Shown here: positions 45,458 to 55,659 of the stretch, piece by piece
Numbering within the stretch: position 1 is the first letter of the stretch
Layout of the letters: every line of letters starts with the position of its first letter
Source of the DNA: an uncultured Bacteroidales bacterium
Lineage (GTDB): Bacteria; Bacteroidota; Bacteroidia; Bacteroidales; UBA7960
Assembly: GCA_964491395.1 (NCBI GenBank)
Contig: CAZBGI010000002.1
Coordinates: 51,768-115,767, forward strand
DNA: 64,000 bases
Direction: 5' to 3'
Program-made: the position numbers and the translations under genes
The notes under the pieces: model-generated
Told to the model about the DNA's origin: nothing
The model's database searches: none
What the model saw: the letters and a program-made list of their open reading frames with translations, nothing else

Positions 45458-48400
45458 TTAAAGGGCTTGCTGCAGCAATGCTTTGTGATTTTGTTTTCGT
45501 GCTTTTTTTATTTTCCGGGCACCATTGAGCGCATATACCACAGGGACGATTACCAGGGTAATGAGAGTTGAAAAGCTCAATCCACCTATCACTGCTACTC
45601 CCATAGGTTGCCAGATTTCAGACCCTTCGGCTGTTGATACTGCCAGTGGAATCATTGCCAATAAGGTGGTAAGGGTGGTCATCAGTACCGGGCGCAAACG
45701 CGATTTTCCGGCCATGCGTACGGCGGTGATGATGCTTTTGCCACGACCCACCAGCAGGTTGGTATAATCTACCAGTACGATAGAGTTCTTAACTACAATT
45801 CCCACCAGGATAATTGCACCGATAAAAGATATTACATTGAGTTCTCCTCCGCTGATTGCCAGAGCCAGCAATACTCCCGTGAAAGAGAACGGTACTGCCA
45901 TCATAATGATTAAGGGCATACTAAAAGACTCAAATTGAGATGCCATGACCACGTAGACAAGGAAAATGCTCAATAACAATAATAATAAAAGATCGGCAAA
46001 GGCTTCCTGCTGTTCCTGTATTTCACCCGCTAAACGATAAGATATACCCGGAGGAACGTCCATTTCTTCAATGGCTGCTTCAATATCTGCTGTTACTTCG
46101 CCCAGCGATCGTCCAAAAAGCTGGCTGTTTATCGTGAGATAGCGCGTCCGGTTTTTTCGCTCAATGTTAGGAGGACTGTAAAACTCTTCAATAACTGCAA
46201 ATTCTTCCAAACGGACCATCTGCCCCATGGGATTCATCACCTGGATGTTTTCGATGTCGGATAAAGTGTTGCGGAATTCTTCCTTGTGTCGTATCACAAT
46301 GTCATATTCGTCACCATCTTCACGGAAAAGAGTGGCTGTCATTCCTTCGATCCGGTTGCGGATGGCTCTTGAGACGGTGTTGGTATTCAGGGAAAAAGAA
46401 GCCATTTTTTCCTGATCGGGAACAATGCGTAATTCCGGTTTTTCCGGTCCGCGGCTCAAATCCACATCCCTGGTGCCATCTATCGTTCTCATTTTTTCTG
46501 CCAGCTCCTGGGCAAAGGCTGTTGTGACATTGAAGTTTTCACCGTAAACCTCCACCTGAATGGGTGCTCCGGCACCAAATCCTCCTCCTTCTGTTTCTAC
46601 AGAGTAGGTAACAAGTTCAGGAAATACTGATAGCTCTTCCCGGATGGCATCTGCCACCTCCCATACATCGCGTGTTCGCTCATCGGGCGAATACAAACCT
46701 AGGGTTAAATCGATGGTGTGGCTTCCCGCTCTTGGGTTTCCAAAAATACCTGCATCGGCACTGTAACCTGAACTGGTACTGATGGTTTCTATTTCGGGGT
46801 ATTTTTCTTCAATTATTTCTTCTATGGCCCTGGCGGTTTTTGAGGTCTCTTCCAATCTTAAGCCTGTGGGCAATTCTATACTTACTTCTATCTGGCTGTT
46901 GTCAGCTTCGGGAAAAAATCCTGTTCCGATAAATCCTGTCAGGAAGAGGCTTGAAAAGAAAACCAGGAGGGAGACAAATACTACTTTCCATTTATTTCTA
47001 ACAGCCCACCCCAACAAAAGGATATATAAATTGTCGAGCCCCGAGAGTGTTTTGTCAATAAAGGCACTTGTTTTTGGTCCAAGTCCGGTTCGTTTTGCTG
47101 AAGAATATTTCAGCAACTGTGAAGAGAGCATAGGAGTAAGGGAAAGGGCAGCGATGGTAGAAACCGTGATGGTAATGGTTACAATCCATCCCAGCTGCGT
47201 GAAGAACAATCCCATAAGTCCACTGATGAGGGTCATGGGAAGAAACACGGCTACCACCGTAAGGGTAGAGGCCACAACAGCAAGCCCCACCTCGTTGGTG
47301 CCATATATGGCTGCTTCGCGTGCAGAGCTGCCTTTTTCCAGCTGCCGGGTGATGTTTTCAAGCACCACGATGGCATCATCTACTACCATACCCATGGCAA
47401 TGGTTAGAGAGGACAGAGAAATCAGGTTGAGGGTATTGCCTGTAAAATACAGATAAATGAAAGCAGTGACCAGCGATACGGGGATGGTGAGGATAATAAT
47501 GAAAGTGGCCCGCCATCTTCCGATAAAAAACAAGACCACCAGGGTGACAAAAATGGCCGCGTAGTATAAAATGCTGATGAGGTTGCTTATGGAGTTGTTA
47601 ATGAATTCGGAAGTGTCGAATAATACTCCGATGGTAATGTCAGGAGGAAGCGTTTTTTCTATTTCCCCGAGCATTTCATTCACTTCATTGGCAATTTTTA
47701 CCGTGTTGGCCCCTGATTGTTTCTGAACTATCAGCCGCAATCCTTTTTGCCCGTCAATCCTTTCTTCTATGGTCATTTCCCTAAGAGTGTCCTTTACTTC
47801 TGCAATGTCTCTTACAAAAACCGGGTTGCCATTGAAAGTCGTAACGACAATGTTGTTGATTCGGTCGCTTTCCGAGAACTCACCTGTAAATCTCAGGGGG
47901 TAATCCACACTTCCCACTTTCACGTTTCCTGAGGGGAGGTTGATATTCTCAGCTGCCAATATGCCGCCCAGTTGTTCTACGGTCATGTTGTAGGCTTCCA
48001 GTTTTCTCGGATCTACATTGATCTGGATTTCTCTTTCCGGACCGCCGAAGATACCTACCGCTCCTACACCTTCTATTCTGTTCAGGGGGTTGATGAGTTT
48101 CTCATCCAGTATTTTGTTCAAAGCGGGGTAGCTTTCCTCAGCAGTGGCCGATAGCATCATTACCGGAATCATGCTTGAGGAGAACTTGAACACGGTGGGT
48201 TGCTCAATTCCTTCAGGTAAAAACCTGCTCAATCTGTCAATGACATCCCGGATTTCATTGGTAGCCTCATCCAGGTTGGTTTCATATTCAAACTCCAGGG
48301 TGATGGCTGAAATGTCATCACGTGACTGGGAAGTCAGGTTTTTAAGATTGGTTACAATGCTGAGATTGTCCTCCAGAGGTCTGGTTACGTTGGTTTCAAT

Positions 48401-48574
48401 ATCTGCTGCACTGGCCCCGGGATAGATGGTAAACACACTGATAAAGGGAGGGTCTATCTCCGGGTACAAATCAATGGGCATGTTGCGCAAACTGAATACT
48501 CCCATTACGATTACGGCAATAAATATTACCAGTGTGGTAATGGGTTTTTTAACGGCGGTGCTGTATATACTCAT
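45458..48574 (-). CDS. efflux RND transporter permease subunit (AcrB/HAE1-like)
   Basis: About 1040 aa, 12-TM RND layout with two large periplasmic loops. I prefer the start at MSIYSTAVKKPITT (ATG 48574) over the ORF-track TTG at 48619. Confidence 0.9.
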   Translation of the reverse strand: MSIYSTAVKKPITTLVIFIAVIVMGVFSLRNMPIDLYPEIDPPFISVFTIYPGASAADIETNVTRPLEDNLSIVTNLKNLTSQSRDDISAITLEFEYETNLDEATNEIRDVIDRLSRFLPEGIEQPTVFKFSSSMIPVMMLSATAEESYPALNKILDEKLINPLNRIEGVGAVGIFGGPEREIQINVDPRKLEAYNMTVEQLGGILAAENINLPSGNVKVGSVDYPLRFTGEFSESDRINNIVVTTFNGNPVFVRDIAEVKDTLREMTIEERIDGQKGLRLIVQKQSGANTVKIANEVNEMLGEIEKTLPPDITIGVLFDTSEFINNSISNLISILYYAAIFVTLVVLFFIGRWRATFIIILTIPVSLVTAFIYLYFTGNTLNLISLSSLTIAMGMVVDDAIVVLENITRQLEKGSSAREAAIYGTNEVGLAVVASTLTVVAVFLPMTLISGLMGLFFTQLGWIVTITITVSTIAALSLTPMLSSQLLKYSSAKRTGLGPKTSAFIDKTLSGLDNLYILLLGWAVRNKWKVVFVSLLVFFSSLFLTGFIGTGFFPEADNSQIEVSIELPTGLRLEETSKTARAIEEIIEEKYPEIETISTSSGYSADAGIFGNPRAGSHTIDLTLGLYSPDERTRDVWEVADAIREELSVFPELVTYSVETEGGGFGAGAPIQVEVYGENFNVTTAFAQELAEKMRTIDGTRDVDLSRGPEKPELRIVPDQEKMASFSLNTNTVSRAIRNRIEGMTATLFREDGDEYDIVIRHKEEFRNTLSDIENIQVMNPMGQMVRLEEFAVIEEFYSPPNIERKNRTRYLTINSQLFGRSLGEVTADIEAAIEEMDVPPGISYRLAGEIQEQQEAFADLLLLLLLSIFLVYVVMASQFESFSMPLIIMMAVPFSFTGVLLALAISGGELNVISFIGAIILVGIVVKNSIVLVDYTNLLVGRGKSIITAVRMAGKSRLRPVLMTTLTTLLAMIPLAVSTAEGSEIWQPMGVAVIGGLSFSTLITLVIVPVVYALNGARKIKKARKQNHKALLQQAL

Positions 48575-48608
48575 GCGTATGTTTTCTTTTCTGTTGAATA
48601 ACTTTTTC

Positions 48609-49643
48609 TTACTCCACAATTTTCACATCCGAACCCTGAATCAGATTGTGCTGGCCGGTTACAACCAGTTGTTGTCCGGGTTGTAATCCTGAGAGGATTT
48701 CTATCCGGTCATCGAATTTTTTGCCGGGTTCTACGGTTAATCTTTGTGCTTTATTGTCTTCCACAATAAACACGTATCGTTCGTTTGAGCCCGCCTGCTT
48801 CAGTACTGACATGGCGGGAACCAGCAGCGCCTGATGTTCTCCAAGTTTTAGTTCGACCCTTGCAAACATACCCGGACGCAGTTTTTCTTCCTGGTTGTCA
48901 ATCACGATTTCTACTTTGAAGGTTCCTGTTGCCCTGTCGATGGTGGGAAAAATGCGGTTTATCTTTCCATTGAAGAGCTGCCCCGGAAATACATCGGTAG
49001 TAACACCGGCAGGCTGCCCTTTTGATACCTGGGGGAGATATTTTTCTGATACTCCTACGATTACTTTTACAGGTTTAACCTGGTTGATGCTTACAATTGC
49101 GGGTTTACCGGCAGAGGAGGGAGTGCCGGAAAACATTTCACCCGCTGAGAAATATCTTGCTGTAACAACACCGTCCAGGGTAGATCGAACTTGTGTATGA
49201 GTAGATAAATTCCCGATATTGCTTTGGGCTACCTGGTACTGCGTTTGTAACTGGTCGTATGACTGCTGTGTAACTGCACCGGCCTTGAGCAAAGTGTCGA
49301 GGCGGGCAAGTTCTTTTTCAAGATTTTCGAGTTGCACACGGGCCTGAAACAATTGAGTATTATCCATTTCTACCAAAAGCTGTCCCTTGGAAACCTTGTC
49401 GCCTACATCTACGAGAATTTTGTTGATTCGGGCCGGTACAGCAGGAGCAATATGTGCTTCTTCGTAAGGTAATACTGAACCTGTAAATTCCAGGTTGTTG
49501 GATACTGTATCTACTGAAGTTGGCTGTGTTTTCACCAATACCCTGTTGTCAGTTTCTGCTTGTTCTGTAGCAGTCTGGCACGACCCAAATATAAAGACCA
49601 GGAGGATGAGGATGGTACCCTGAATTTTTGCTGAAGCTTTCAT
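48609..49643 (-). CDS. efflux RND transporter periplasmic adaptor subunit (MFP)
   Basis: Lipoprotein-type signal (FIFGSC), biotinyl-lipoyl-like hairpin (VDVGDKVSKGQLLVEMD), coiled-coil, and beta-barrel domains. Confidence 0.85.
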   Translation of the reverse strand: MKASAKIQGTILILLVFIFGSCQTATEQAETDNRVLVKTQPTSVDTVSNNLEFTGSVLPYEEAHIAPAVPARINKILVDVGDKVSKGQLLVEMDNTQLFQARVQLENLEKELARLDTLLKAGAVTQQSYDQLQTQYQVAQSNIGNLSTHTQVRSTLDGVVTARYFSAGEMFSGTPSSAGKPAIVSINQVKPVKVIVGVSEKYLPQVSKGQPAGVTTDVFPGQLFNGKINRIFPTIDRATGTFKVEIVIDNQEEKLRPGMFARVELKLGEHQALLVPAMSVLKQAGSNERYVFIVEDNKAQRLTVEPGKKFDDRIEILSGLQPGQQLVVTGQHNLIQGSDVKIVE

Positions 49644-49705
49644 TTTGTTTGTTAAGTTTAATATGTGTCGTTAAAAATCAATTTGCTGTTATATTAATTG
49701 GAGGG

Positions 49706-51046
49706 TTAATTTTTCCCGATAAACCTGTCGTACTGTGCTTTTGCCTGGAGAAGCTCATGTTTTGCCATAAGCAGGTTAAACCTTGCTCTTGTCAGTGAAA
49801 CATCTGCATCATTTACTTCCAGTAATGTTCCCTGGCCCGAATCGTATCGTAACCGGGCAATGTCGTACCCTTTTTGGCCCAGTTCCACATTGCGTTGTGC
49901 ATGAACCGCTTTTTCAAGGGCTACATCCATGTTTTTTAAAATGTTGGACAGTTCAATGCTCAGATTGTCTTTGAGATATTCTCTTTGCATCTGAATTTGT
50001 TGGGCGCCGATTTCCAGTTGTTTAACCTGGTTGCGGTTGGTAAAACCCCGGAAAATAGGGATGCTCAACTGCAAACCCGCTGAAGCAGTATTTACCCAGT
50101 TATAATCGCCTACTTTAAAATCATTGGCCTCGGAAAGATACATGTAGCTGCTTACTGCGCTCAGGGCAGGCAGGGAAGTCGCTTTGACCGATTTCGCCTG
50201 TTTTAGAATCAAGTCCTGCTGTAAACCAAGATTTACATAATCAGGATTGTTGTGAAGAGCTCTGTCCGCTTCCGTGATGTTGAAGTCCTTCAGCATTTCC
50301 TCTGAGCTCTCCAGCAAGTCTCCCTCCACGGATATGGGTGTTTCTTCTGCTATTCCCAGCAACGTTTTCAGAAAATTGACGCTGAGTTCAAAAGCATTGG
50401 TGGCTTGTAAAAGATCGGGTTTGAGGTTTTCTGTCTGTACTTCGGCTCTGATGAGGTCATATTCGGCCACAAGTCCTTGTGCATGCATCTGTCGGATGTT
50501 TTCCAGGTTCTCGCGGGAATTTTCGAAACTGATACGAATTACCTCGAGCGATTCACGAGCCAGCAAAGCATCATTCCATGCGCGTTGTACGTTGTAGGTT
50601 AGCTCAATCGACTGTGCCCGGAAATTTTCTTCTGCAATTTCCTGTTCGGTACGTGCGGTTTTAATACCTGCATAAATGGCAGGGTTGTACAGTGGCAGTG
50701 CCAGTTGCAATCCACCCATAAATGAATTGTCATTTCCTACTTCAAGGGCGGTAACACCCCCGAATAGCGGAGCCATTTCTTCGGGAAAGAAGATAACCTG
50801 CTTTTTCAGGTTTCGCGTATATGAGCCGGTACCGTTAAGGGAAGGGAGCAAGTTGCCCCGTGCCTCGTTGACACGGGCTTCAAGCCGGGCTTTTTCAAGC
50901 CGGGCAATGGCCACGGTAGGGTTGTTTTCCAATGCCATTTCCAGCGCAGCTTCCCGTGTAAGGCGCAAAGTGTCTGACTGGGCCCTCAGGGGTAAGATGG
51001 CCATCAATACTGTTGTTGCGGTGAAGAGTAATCGAATAATGTTCAT
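49706..51046 (-). CDS. TolC-family outer membrane efflux protein
   Basis: Signal peptide (LPLRAQ) and a duplicated OEP repeat structure. 446 aa. First structural gene after tetR. Confidence 0.85.
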   Translation of the reverse strand: MNIIRLLFTATTVLMAILPLRAQSDTLRLTREAALEMALENNPTVAIARLEKARLEARVNEARGNLLPSLNGTGSYTRNLKKQVIFFPEEMAPLFGGVTALEVGNDNSFMGGLQLALPLYNPAIYAGIKTARTEQEIAEENFRAQSIELTYNVQRAWNDALLARESLEVIRISFENSRENLENIRQMHAQGLVAEYDLIRAEVQTENLKPDLLQATNAFELSVNFLKTLLGIAEETPISVEGDLLESSEEMLKDFNITEADRALHNNPDYVNLGLQQDLILKQAKSVKATSLPALSAVSSYMYLSEANDFKVGDYNWVNTASAGLQLSIPIFRGFTNRNQVKQLEIGAQQIQMQREYLKDNLSIELSNILKNMDVALEKAVHAQRNVELGQKGYDIARLRYDSGQGTLLEVNDADVSLTRARFNLLMAKHELLQAKAQYDRFIGKN

Positions 51047-51072
51047 TTTGCTTTTTATTGCTGTTTTTATTA

Positions 51073-51696
51073 TTAATTTGTTGCTGATGGGGTTGAGTTA
51101 AATTTTTCGTCAATCAACCTTTGTCCCTCCTCGGTTGCAAGTCCGCGGATGAAATTCAGCAAAACCTGACGGATTACTTCAGCCCGGGGATATTTTGTTT
51201 CCGGGAAAAGGCCTCCCAGTGTTATCATTTGCATCACAGAATGAATCATGGTGCTTAAAATTTCCGGGTGTTCGTTTTCAAGGAAGATTCCTTTGGATGC
51301 ACCTGTTTTTATCATGGATGTGGTAAATGCAATATTCTCTTCCTGTCTGCTTTCAATCTGTTCTTTCCAGATGCGGGGGTGATACTTCTGCAAGTCATTG
51401 AAAAAATTGGGGTGTAAGCCATTCAATACAATGAGTGCCTGCCGAAAGTGCTGAAAGATGATTTCCAGGGGATCATTTTTATGCGCTGAAACCATTGCAT
51501 CTCTGAATTTTACATTCTCCTTGTACTGGTAGTCGATGCAACTCGAGAGCAAATCCTCCTTATTGGAGAAACTTTCGTAAAGTGTGCGCTTGGAAATTCC
51601 TATGGATTGAGCAATTTCATCCATGGTGATGGAACGGATTCCATACCTGAAAAACATTTCTGACGCTTGATGAAGAATTCTTTCTTTTGTTTCCAT
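51073..51696 (-). CDS. TetR/AcrR-family transcriptional regulator
   Basis: N-terminal HTH FFRYGIRSITMDEIAQSIGISKRTLYESF. 207 aa, at the head of the efflux operon. Confidence 0.85.
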   Translation of the reverse strand: METKERILHQASEMFFRYGIRSITMDEIAQSIGISKRTLYESFSNKEDLLSSCIDYQYKENVKFRDAMVSAHKNDPLEIIFQHFRQALIVLNGLHPNFFNDLQKYHPRIWKEQIESRQEENIAFTTSMIKTGASKGIFLENEHPEILSTMIHSVMQMITLGGLFPETKYPRAEVIRQVLLNFIRGLATEEGQRLIDEKFNSTPSATN

Positions 51697-52182
51697 ATCT
51701 ACAACAGGTAAAACTTTTTTCGTTTTAAACGTTTTCTGGCTTTATCATAAAACATGCCAAAAGGCCTCCTTGGGAACGGAAAATTGATTTAAATTTCACA
51801 AAACCTTATAGAATGGTCGTTAAGCAATGTTCTCGCATAAGACGCAGGTTGGATGGGAAACGTTACAAACGATTATAGTTTTTTAAGGAATTGCCGGGTT
51901 TTCCTTTTTTAATCCACATGTAGCAAGGCAATAAGATGTATATCTGGCTTTTCCGATGGCACAAAGATGTGATAAAAAACACATATATTGAAACCTGAAA
52001 GATTGTCCAAAACCGCACATTTTATGTGCGTCAACGCACACATGGCAAACAGGGAACAATTCCCTCCCGTTTTTTCAGAATAATTCTCAAACAATGTGTA
52101 TCTTTATGTACCTGATGAAAAAGGACCTGCTACTCATACGATGTTACTAATAGTTGGTGATGTAAGACAATCCGAAAAAATT

Positions 52183-54162
52183 ATGAGGACCCATTTTAAC
52201 TCATTTGTATACCTGTTGCTTGCTTTGGCCGGGATGTTCTTTTCATCGCAGGCACAGGTTTCGCTACATGAACATACGCCCGGGGACTGCTCACATTTTT
52301 GTGCAAAAGCTCGTTTGGACGGTCCTTCCATAGGTATTTACGATCAGGATGCCAGGCTTCACGATTATGATGTGAAATTTTACGGACTCGATCTGGAGGT
52401 GAATCCTGCTTCAACATTTATAGAGGGTTCTGTCAGGGTTTTGGCTGAGATCACCAGTTCAGCCACCCGGTACATGGTGCTCGAATTATGGGATGAGCTA
52501 AGTGTAAGTCAGGTTGTCAGTGGTGAGGAAAACCTGTCATTTCAGCACACCGATAATGTATTGGAAATTGATCTGGGCCAGAGCCAACCCATGGGAACCA
52601 TGATGGATGTATCGGTGTTTTATTCGGGAGAACCTTCTCCTGAAGGCTTCTTCTCCGGAATTCAGTCAGAGACCAACAGTTATGGAGATCCGGTGCTTTG
52701 GACTCTCTCTGAACCTCATAATGCGCGGCAATGGTTTCCGGTGAAGCAGGTATTGAATGATAAAGCCGACAGCGTGGATGTTTTTATTACTACTCCGGCA
52801 GGGTTTGTTGCTGCTTCTAATGGTTTGCTCGATCAGGTAACGGAACTGGACGACGGGAGAAACCGGTATGAGTGGAAATCACGTTACCCCATTGCATACT
52901 ACCTGATTTCTATGGCTGTGGGAAACTACCAGGAATTTAGCTTTATGGCACCCCTTGATACACCCAATGACAGTGTTTGGGTTCAGAATTTTATTTATAA
53001 TTATGCTGAAGTACTGGAAAGCCAGCGGGAGAATATTGAAAAAACCAGTCCATTGATGCAGATGATGTCGGAATTATGGGGAACCTACCCGTTTTGGGAA
53101 GAGAAGTATGGTCATGCACAGGCACCTATGGGAGGAGCTATGGAGCATCAGACCATGTCCACCATGGGCTATTTTGGATTTGATATCACAGCGCACGAGC
53201 TGGCCCATCATTGGTTTGGCAACAATGTTACCTGTGCCACCTGGAGCGATATCTGGATCAATGAAGGTTTTGCCACTTATGCTGAATTTCTTGCCCGCGA
53301 ATTTCTGGTGGGGGCAGAACATGCCCGCGATTGGATGGATTTTGCGCACAACAATATCAAGTCTCTGCCCGACGGAAGTGTTTATGTGCCTCCTGTATTT
53401 CTGTACGATGTGTGGAGGATTTTCAGTGGCAGACTAAGCTATCGGAAAGGAGCTGCTATTCTTCATCAACTGAGATTCGAAATCAATGATGATTCCTTGT
53501 TTTTTAATATTATGGAAGAATTCCAGGAAACTTTTGCCGATAGTATTGCCACAGGAGATGACTTTCGGAAAACCGTGGATGGGTTAACCGGGCAGGACTG
53601 GGAATGGTTTTTTGATCAGTGGTATTATGGTGAAGGATTTCCTACCTACGAAATCATGTGGTGGCAAAAAGACGGCAATCTGCACATACAGTCTTCCCAG
53701 GTTACCTCAGCAAGCTACCCGCTTTTTTTTGCCGGAGCAGTGGAATTCAACATTGTTTTTGATGATAACAGCATGCAAATGGTGAGGTTTTTTCAGCAAG
53801 AAAATCTTCAGGAATTTGTTGTTGAAATACCGCAAGGAGTAAAGGAACTAATCTTTGATCCCAGGCATTTTATGCTCAAGAACTACCAGATCTGGGACTC
53901 TACAAACATTCCTGTTCCCGACACTCTGTCGCCAGGATTTTATCCCAATCCGGTTGTTGGGAAGTTCACCATTGACTATCCTGAGGAATGGCACAACGGG
54001 AACTGGCAGCTTTCGGATGTCAACGGCAGGGTATGGATTGAAAATACTCTCAACCGGCACAGCCAGGAGCAGGACCTGGGCCCTCTGCCGGCTGGAGTTT
54101 ACGTGCTCACCCTGTGTTCTCCCGAGGGAGAAATAAAAACTTTCAAGCTTTTAAAACAGTAA
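52183..54162 (+). CDS. M1-family zinc metallopeptidase with a T9SS type-A C-terminal sorting domain
   Basis: GAMEHQT, HELAHHWFGNNVT and WINEGFATY (HExxH-18-E). Signal peptide from the ATG at 52183 (MRTHFNSFVYLLLALAGMFFSSQAQ). The C-terminus, FYPNPVVGKFTI...GVYVLTLCSPEGEIKTFKLLKQ, is a T9SS CTD pattern. Confidence 0.85.
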   Translation: MRTHFNSFVYLLLALAGMFFSSQAQVSLHEHTPGDCSHFCAKARLDGPSIGIYDQDARLHDYDVKFYGLDLEVNPASTFIEGSVRVLAEITSSATRYMVLELWDELSVSQVVSGEENLSFQHTDNVLEIDLGQSQPMGTMMDVSVFYSGEPSPEGFFSGIQSETNSYGDPVLWTLSEPHNARQWFPVKQVLNDKADSVDVFITTPAGFVAASNGLLDQVTELDDGRNRYEWKSRYPIAYYLISMAVGNYQEFSFMAPLDTPNDSVWVQNFIYNYAEVLESQRENIEKTSPLMQMMSELWGTYPFWEEKYGHAQAPMGGAMEHQTMSTMGYFGFDITAHELAHHWFGNNVTCATWSDIWINEGFATYAEFLAREFLVGAEHARDWMDFAHNNIKSLPDGSVYVPPVFLYDVWRIFSGRLSYRKGAAILHQLRFEINDDSLFFNIMEEFQETFADSIATGDDFRKTVDGLTGQDWEWFFDQWYYGEGFPTYEIMWWQKDGNLHIQSSQVTSASYPLFFAGAVEFNIVFDDNSMQMVRFFQQENLQEFVVEIPQGVKELIFDPRHFMLKNYQIWDSTNIPVPDTLSPGFYPNPVVGKFTIDYPEEWHNGNWQLSDVNGRVWIENTLNRHSQEQDLGPLPAGVYVLTLCSPEGEIKTFKLLKQ

Positions 54163-54323
54163 GCCTTGTTTGTTATACCTGGCAACAATAGATGTACGTT
54201 CTGGGTTTCTTTATTGTTACCTGCTAAAGCCAACACCCAATAAATCGACTTGATCCCAATTGGGGGACTGATGAATCATCTTTTTACCCTCCTGTACATC
54301 CATAAACATGGAAGATAACGGCA

Positions 54324-55613
54324 TTATTTTTTGATAATTCTGAGCGGCACAATTCCCTCACTGGTATGAATTTTCATAACATAAGTTCCGGGAAGTAAGT
54401 CTGAAAAGTTGAAAGAATAACTGCGGCTGTCCGGGATGGTTTGTTCCCTGACCAGTCGACCGGAGATGTCAAAAATGCGGTAGCAGGAAAAAGTTGTGCC
54501 ATTTTCAGATACTAGGGTAGCAATATCATCTGCCGGGTTGGGATATAAACGGATTGCTGTATCTTCATTGTAGGTGTGAGGTTCCACATTAACCGGACTG
54601 CCTTCCACCTGTATCAATTCACCCTGATCTACATACCACCGGAACCATTCTCCTCCATTGCCTTCCTGCCAGTTACTAAGGTTAAAGGAACGGGAACCTT
54701 CCGTATCTCCAAGCACCCGGTAAACAGCCACCGCATTTTGCCCGTTGGTCCAGTGCAAAGGCTCTTCTTCTTCACAAACCTCAGGAGCATCCAGGGTTAT
54801 GTGGAAATAAGCATAGTCATCATATGCCGGATTGCCAAACACTCTGGCCGTGCCGTCGGGTTCTACCCCCACCGCGGTGTATTCGTTCACACCCATACCT
54901 TTTGCTTCCATTTGCCAGTCGGTAATCATGCGGGCCATGAAAGCCATGTGTCTTCCCTGTCGATCATTGTCATCGCCGTAAATATTATTGTAGTGGGAAT
55001 CCGTCACAATATTTTCCATAAAGGGGATGTCCAAAAAGTTGCGTTCCAGGGTTATACGCCAGTGATAAGGGTTGTTAAGTGCTTCTTCACTCCATACCGA
55101 ACCTTGTTCGGCTGTGTATATTGCTTCGCCAAGAATTGCCAGTCCGGCACTGGTGCCGCCTATTGCTCCTCCTTTATCATTTACATGACTGTTGATGACC
55201 TCCTGCAGGCAGGTCCCATTCCAGTGGTTGTAATAGTTCCATTGGTTTCCACCAGCGATAAAAATGACTTCAGCATTGCCTGCCGTTTGGCAGACTTCTG
55301 TATTGCTGGCTTGTTCAGTACTGGTTATTACAATGGAGGTAACGGAATTGACTTCTACATCCAGCTGCGAATAAATATAATCGTTGTACCCATCAGACCC
55401 TGATGCCCTCAAAACCACTACGTCTCCACCATTGGCTTTTTTTGCAAGCCATTGCATCCCATCATCATTATCAGAGGCACCTCCGGCCAGCAATATTCCG
55501 AATTCGGGTATACTGTCAACATTGTCGGGTGAGCCTGTGCGATAAAATTCCTGGGTGATGCCTGATAATGTCAGAACGATTAATATTATCAGTAAAGATA
55601 AAGACCTGGTCAT
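54324..55613 (-). CDS. S51-family (cyanophycinase / dipeptidase E-like) peptidase with a T9SS type-A C-terminal sorting domain
   Basis: VIFIAGGNQWNYY and GGTSAGLAILGE match the S51 signatures around the catalytic Ser. Signal peptide from the ATG at 55613 (MTRSLSLLIILIVLTLSG). The C-terminus, LYPNPADDIATL...GTYVMKIHTSEGIVPLRIIKK, is a T9SS CTD pattern. Confidence 0.65.
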   Translation of the reverse strand: MTRSLSLLIILIVLTLSGITQEFYRTGSPDNVDSIPEFGILLAGGASDNDDGMQWLAKKANGGDVVVLRASGSDGYNDYIYSQLDVEVNSVTSIVITSTEQASNTEVCQTAGNAEVIFIAGGNQWNYYNHWNGTCLQEVINSHVNDKGGAIGGTSAGLAILGEAIYTAEQGSVWSEEALNNPYHWRITLERNFLDIPFMENIVTDSHYNNIYGDDNDRQGRHMAFMARMITDWQMEAKGMGVNEYTAVGVEPDGTARVFGNPAYDDYAYFHITLDAPEVCEEEEPLHWTNGQNAVAVYRVLGDTEGSRSFNLSNWQEGNGGEWFRWYVDQGELIQVEGSPVNVEPHTYNEDTAIRLYPNPADDIATLVSENGTTFSCYRIFDISGRLVREQTIPDSRSYSFNFSDLLPGTYVMKIHTSEGIVPLRIIKK

Positions 55614-55651
55614 GGGGAAAAGATTGAGTTTTGTAAAAATTTCAAAAACTA

Positions 55652-55659
55652 CAAAAATA
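55652..55659 (-). promoter_or_regulatory. Bacteroidota-type -7 box for the S51 peptidase gene
   Basis: Plus-strand CAAAAATA, which is TATTTTTG on the minus strand, 39 nt upstream of ATG 55613. Confidence 0.45.

Noticed and set aside
51721-51735. Direct repeat cgtttt-aaa-cgtttt next to the tetR start, and aaacgtt/aaacgatt at about 51858-51873, considered as a TetR operator
   Set aside because: The repeats are short and AT-rich, and they do not form the palindrome expected for a TetR dimer. The evidence is not enough to call a site.
52096-52182. ORF-track N-terminal extensions (52096 for the M1 peptidase, 55670 for S51, 62334 for FISUMP, 22415 for the LTD protein, 48619 for RND, 11273 and 18254)
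   Set aside because: In each case an internal ATG is immediately followed by a canonical signal peptide or the conserved family N-terminus, and in several cases a -7 box lies inside the extension. The shorter gene models were used.
54576-55403. 275-aa ORF antisense to the S51 peptidase gene. Similar antisense ORFs occur at 56318-57058 in pyk, 62790-63512 in the FISUMP gene, 46782-47456 in the RND gene and 14747-15223 in pheT.
   Set aside because: All are shadow ORFs inside genes whose sense-strand products carry clear family motifs. None has its own motif or regulatory signal.
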